Assembly: GCA_002269645.1 (NCBI GenBank)
Contig: NIVC01004011.1
Span: forward strand, 756 to 64,755
Length of the DNA: 64,000 bases
Direction of reading: 5' to 3'
Source of the DNA: Macrostomum lignano
Lineage: Eukaryota
The position numbers were made by a program, and so were the translations under genes. The stretch's first letter is position 1. Every line of letters starts with the position of its first letter. The notes below the pieces were generated by a model. The model saw only the letters and a list, made by a program, of their open reading frames with translations. It did not search any database and was not told the DNA's origin. Positions 60,658-64,000 of this stretch are shown here, in pieces.

Positions 60658-63600
60658 TTATCCGATAAGTAATTTTTCTGTTAATCTCTTCCAGTTATTC
60701 AAGACTTTTTCCTTATTTAATTTTTTAAGTTCTTTTGGAAATGTTGAATAATAATTATCTATATCTTTTTCATATTCTAGAAATGTATTATATTCACAAT
60801 CACATTCGGATTCACAATCACAATCGTAATAATAATTATTTATTGCCGCTTTGTATTCATTATATTTACTTATTATATCTTCTTTTTGTTTTTTATCTTT
60901 TATCATATTTTTTATCTCTTCTTTTAAACCATATGGATATGTTTTAATTTTATCATCTAAATATCTTTTATCATCAAATGGACTTAATGTTTTTTTATCT
61001 GTCTCGATGACAAACATCTGATGCTTATCTGAATTTAATCGATATTGTGGAGCATGATAATTTTCAATTGTATTAAGGTAATCTAAAAGTACGTTTTTAT
61101 AATCATCAAATGTTATCTTTTTTACTGCTGCTCTTGATACCCCTTTTATTTTTTTTACCTCTCCCTCCTGTCCTAAAACCTTAAATGCATAGCATTTTGA
61201 TCTTATTGCTATAAACTCGGTTATGATTTTGCTATTTAATTCATCTTTCATTTTAAGTACAACTTTTTTATTTTGATCTGATTTTAAAGGATGGTTATCC
61301 GGATAGTCGGAGGTATCCATGTATCCTTAATTTTTTCCATATCTTTATAGACATCGAACCTTTGGTTCGTGGGCTTTGCCCGATCTCTGTTTCAACCTTA
61401 AATACCAAACTGTCGGTGTCTGCATATATTGGATAGTTATCTGGCCATGTTTTATTTATAACATCATAATAGTATTCATACATTACCAGCTTTGCATAAT
61501 CTAAAACAACCATTCCAATAAATATTGGTTTAAGAAATTTTGTTGTTTTATTTCTCATATGAATACCCATAAAGTTATCATCAAATTTTATAAAGTCTTT
61601 AAAGTTAGGTTTTGAGAAATATTTCTTTGCTTTATCAATATCCTTTTCTAAATGGAATTGGGTTCTATCTCTAATATTTTCAACCGTTTTTCCATAAAAA
61701 GCATTATTCATTAATTTCCAATAATCTTTCTCAAAATTTGTTTTTGACATCTGTCTCTGATTTGAATTAAAGTCAATATATTTAGCTAACCAATCTTCCT
61801 CAATAAACGATATTGTTCGATGTACTTTAGACACTTTTAATCCCTGCTTTTCATAAAATTGTAGAAGCTTATAATGCACTACATAGTTTTTCTTATCATG
61901 TAAATTTAATATTAATTTTTTTGTTGCTAGATGTTTTGCATTATCTACTTTAAGATAATCTTTTTGTGTTTGTGATAAATCATCTTCATTAACTGAACAA
62001 TGCTCTGGAGCTAAAGGATATTTATATGTTTTTGCTTTTGCTTCCCGAGTATATTGCAAATCCACTTCTACGATACAGCCCCTTCCTTCGGGAATATTTT
62101 TGTAATAATCGGGGTCATCTTCCCATTGGAAATCAGCTATTGGTAATTTTTGTTTCATACAACCACCGTATAAATTGTTTGCATCTAGATATAATACATA
62201 TGATGATTTTTCTTTTTTATTATAATTTGGAAGATATTATTATTTACTTTAGTATATCTATCTCCTAGTACACCCGAGAATCCGCCGCGAATTCCTCTCT
62301 CAATCATTAACAACATATCATGATCAGTTAGTAAATCAATCTTAACATCTGTATGTTTCAAACCACAAGCCCATGTTAATCCGGTGCACTGAAACAATAT
62401 GCGGGATCAATTTTAAAATTCTCATATGTATGATTCCTAAAGTTTTCAAATGCATCAGCTAATAGGAGAACATCTGCTTTAAGATATAGATTATGATAAT
62501 CTTTAAATGTTTTACAATTAAAGTATTTCCATACTTTTTGAGCGTGTTCATAATCCGATTCACTTATGTTTGTTTGTGATAATGTTGAATAAAACTTTTC
62601 AATTGGGGTAATTCGGTATGAAAAAATACGTCTTCAGATGTTACATATTCATATGGATAGATGCCCTTACGAGTTAATAGCATTAGTTCTTCCTCGGATA
62701 GTTTTTCTTTTTTGAAACGATTCAATAGTATTGGAAAGTTTTTCTTTACTATTTCTAAATCCCATGGTTTTGGAACTAATGATGAAACAACATTTGCTAA
62801 AGATGTTGATAAGAATCTCAAGGAATCTAGAAAAACTAGATGGGAGTATTTCTTACCATATGTTATTGATATGTAATTTTCTGATGTTTTAGGTAATATA
62901 TTTATTTCATATTCATCCTTTCCTAAATGAAGCAATTCTCGAACTAAGAAATGAAAATCATATCCGGAACCATTATGAAAAAATACTGGTATTTCCTTAC
63001 ATCCTTTTCCTTCTTTTGCATTACATGATCTACATGCTGCCCCTCGATAATTTCCTGTTAGATGACAATGTTCTCGTATCTTATTATTCTTACTTAAATG
63101 TCTTTTGCACATAAAACAATTTGTTGCATTTTTATAATTGTCTCTATCCTTATTTGTCATATTAATATTTTTTGATAATTTATCATATTGATTTTGAATA
63201 TATTCAAATACATTTACTAATGATTCTGCCATGTGCTTAGCTGCATCATTACCGTGGTAAGTAATCATCCTTGATTTAAATATATGATCAGCTACAGAGT
63301 GTACATATATACAATAACTATTCGAAACTGTGTTGTAATTTTTTTGTGCATTCACGTCATCATGATACCGTCTGTGATTCTTTTAAGGAACATTTGTTGC
63401 TTCAAAATCAGCATATATTACTATTGGTTTTTTAACTGCCATATAATGTTGTTGTTGGAACTTTAGGGTTGCATCTTCAGATGCTGGCATTATAGCATTA
63501 GTAAATTTTGTGATCTAAACAAAATCGTTGGTGGTTTTTAAGAGCTGTTTCATCCTTTTTAAATGTAAAACAATTTCTACATAGTGGATATCTATTTCTA

Positions 63601-64000
63601 TTTCTCTTAAAAAAGAACTAATATCTTTTATGTATATATAATGTGTTTCATTTTCGCGCTGCATGTACAAAGATCGATTTGATCTGGTGCTGTATATCAG
63701 TTGCTGGCTTAACAAGATAACATTTTCTTATACCATTCTGGATCGACTGCTGAATTTCTTCTAGATCTTTTGGTTCTTCATTGTAAAAACATTAATATTT
63801 AAACCATTCATTTTTTCAATCTTATATATATCATCTATTGCTACTGGGTATGGATATGTTTTTCATTATTTTTCATCCTCATATTGTCTATAATTATATA
63901 TTTTATTAATGTGTGATTCTACTTGATTGTGATATTTATGAATTAATAAACACCATAATAAACATTTATTATCTTTATTGTCTGGATTTATAATCATAGG
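60658..64000 (-). CDS. polB: Protein-primed family B DNA polymerase (pPolB); 5' part beyond the window, multiple frameshifts
   Basis: Endonuclease-VII-like REHCHLTGNYRGAAC..CN; exonuclease FFHNGSGYDFHF; RGGFSGV; YLDANNLYG; KLMNNAFYGKT; YADTDS; SPFDDKRY. Confidence 0.95.

Larger units (their letters stand above)
48784..64000. mobile_element. Endogenous Polinton/Maverick (adintovirus-like) element; left end present, right end beyond the window
   Basis: Starts with AGTAGT. Encodes integrase, MCP, penton, A32-like ATPase, adenain protease and protein-primed PolB in a compact AT-rich array. Confidence 0.95.

Overview
Eukaryotic genomic DNA, probably an invertebrate. The compact GC-rich exons and minisatellite-filled introns resemble a free-living flatworm such as Macrostomum (inference only). 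The window has three zones. (1) 1-33 kb: minus-strand host genes among minisatellites and non-autonomous repeats: a C-type lectin/PAN protein, a spliced ankyrin-repeat + cGAS/Mab-21-like nucleotidyltransferase (cGLR), a DAO-family FAD oxidoreductase, proteasome beta-7 (PSMB4) and an unknown low-complexity protein. (2) ~33.4-48.8 kb: an AT-rich, CpG-poor block of decayed transposons (Penelope, Gypsy, hAT, MULE, MITEs). (3) 48784 to the window end: the left part of an endogenous Polinton/Maverick (adintovirus-like) element, encoding integrase, PLA2-like domain, HNH nuclease, major and minor capsid proteins, packaging ATPase, adenain protease, fibre and protein-primed PolB. Main discovery: a 303-nt self-splicing-type group I intron (IC1 architecture, P1-P10 traceable by hand) at 50824-51126 (-). 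It interrupts the viral PLA2-integrase gene within the conserved TG|PGT motif, has a compensated non-canonical P7 and an apparent terminal A instead of omega-G, and lies next to a free-standing HNH endonuclease.
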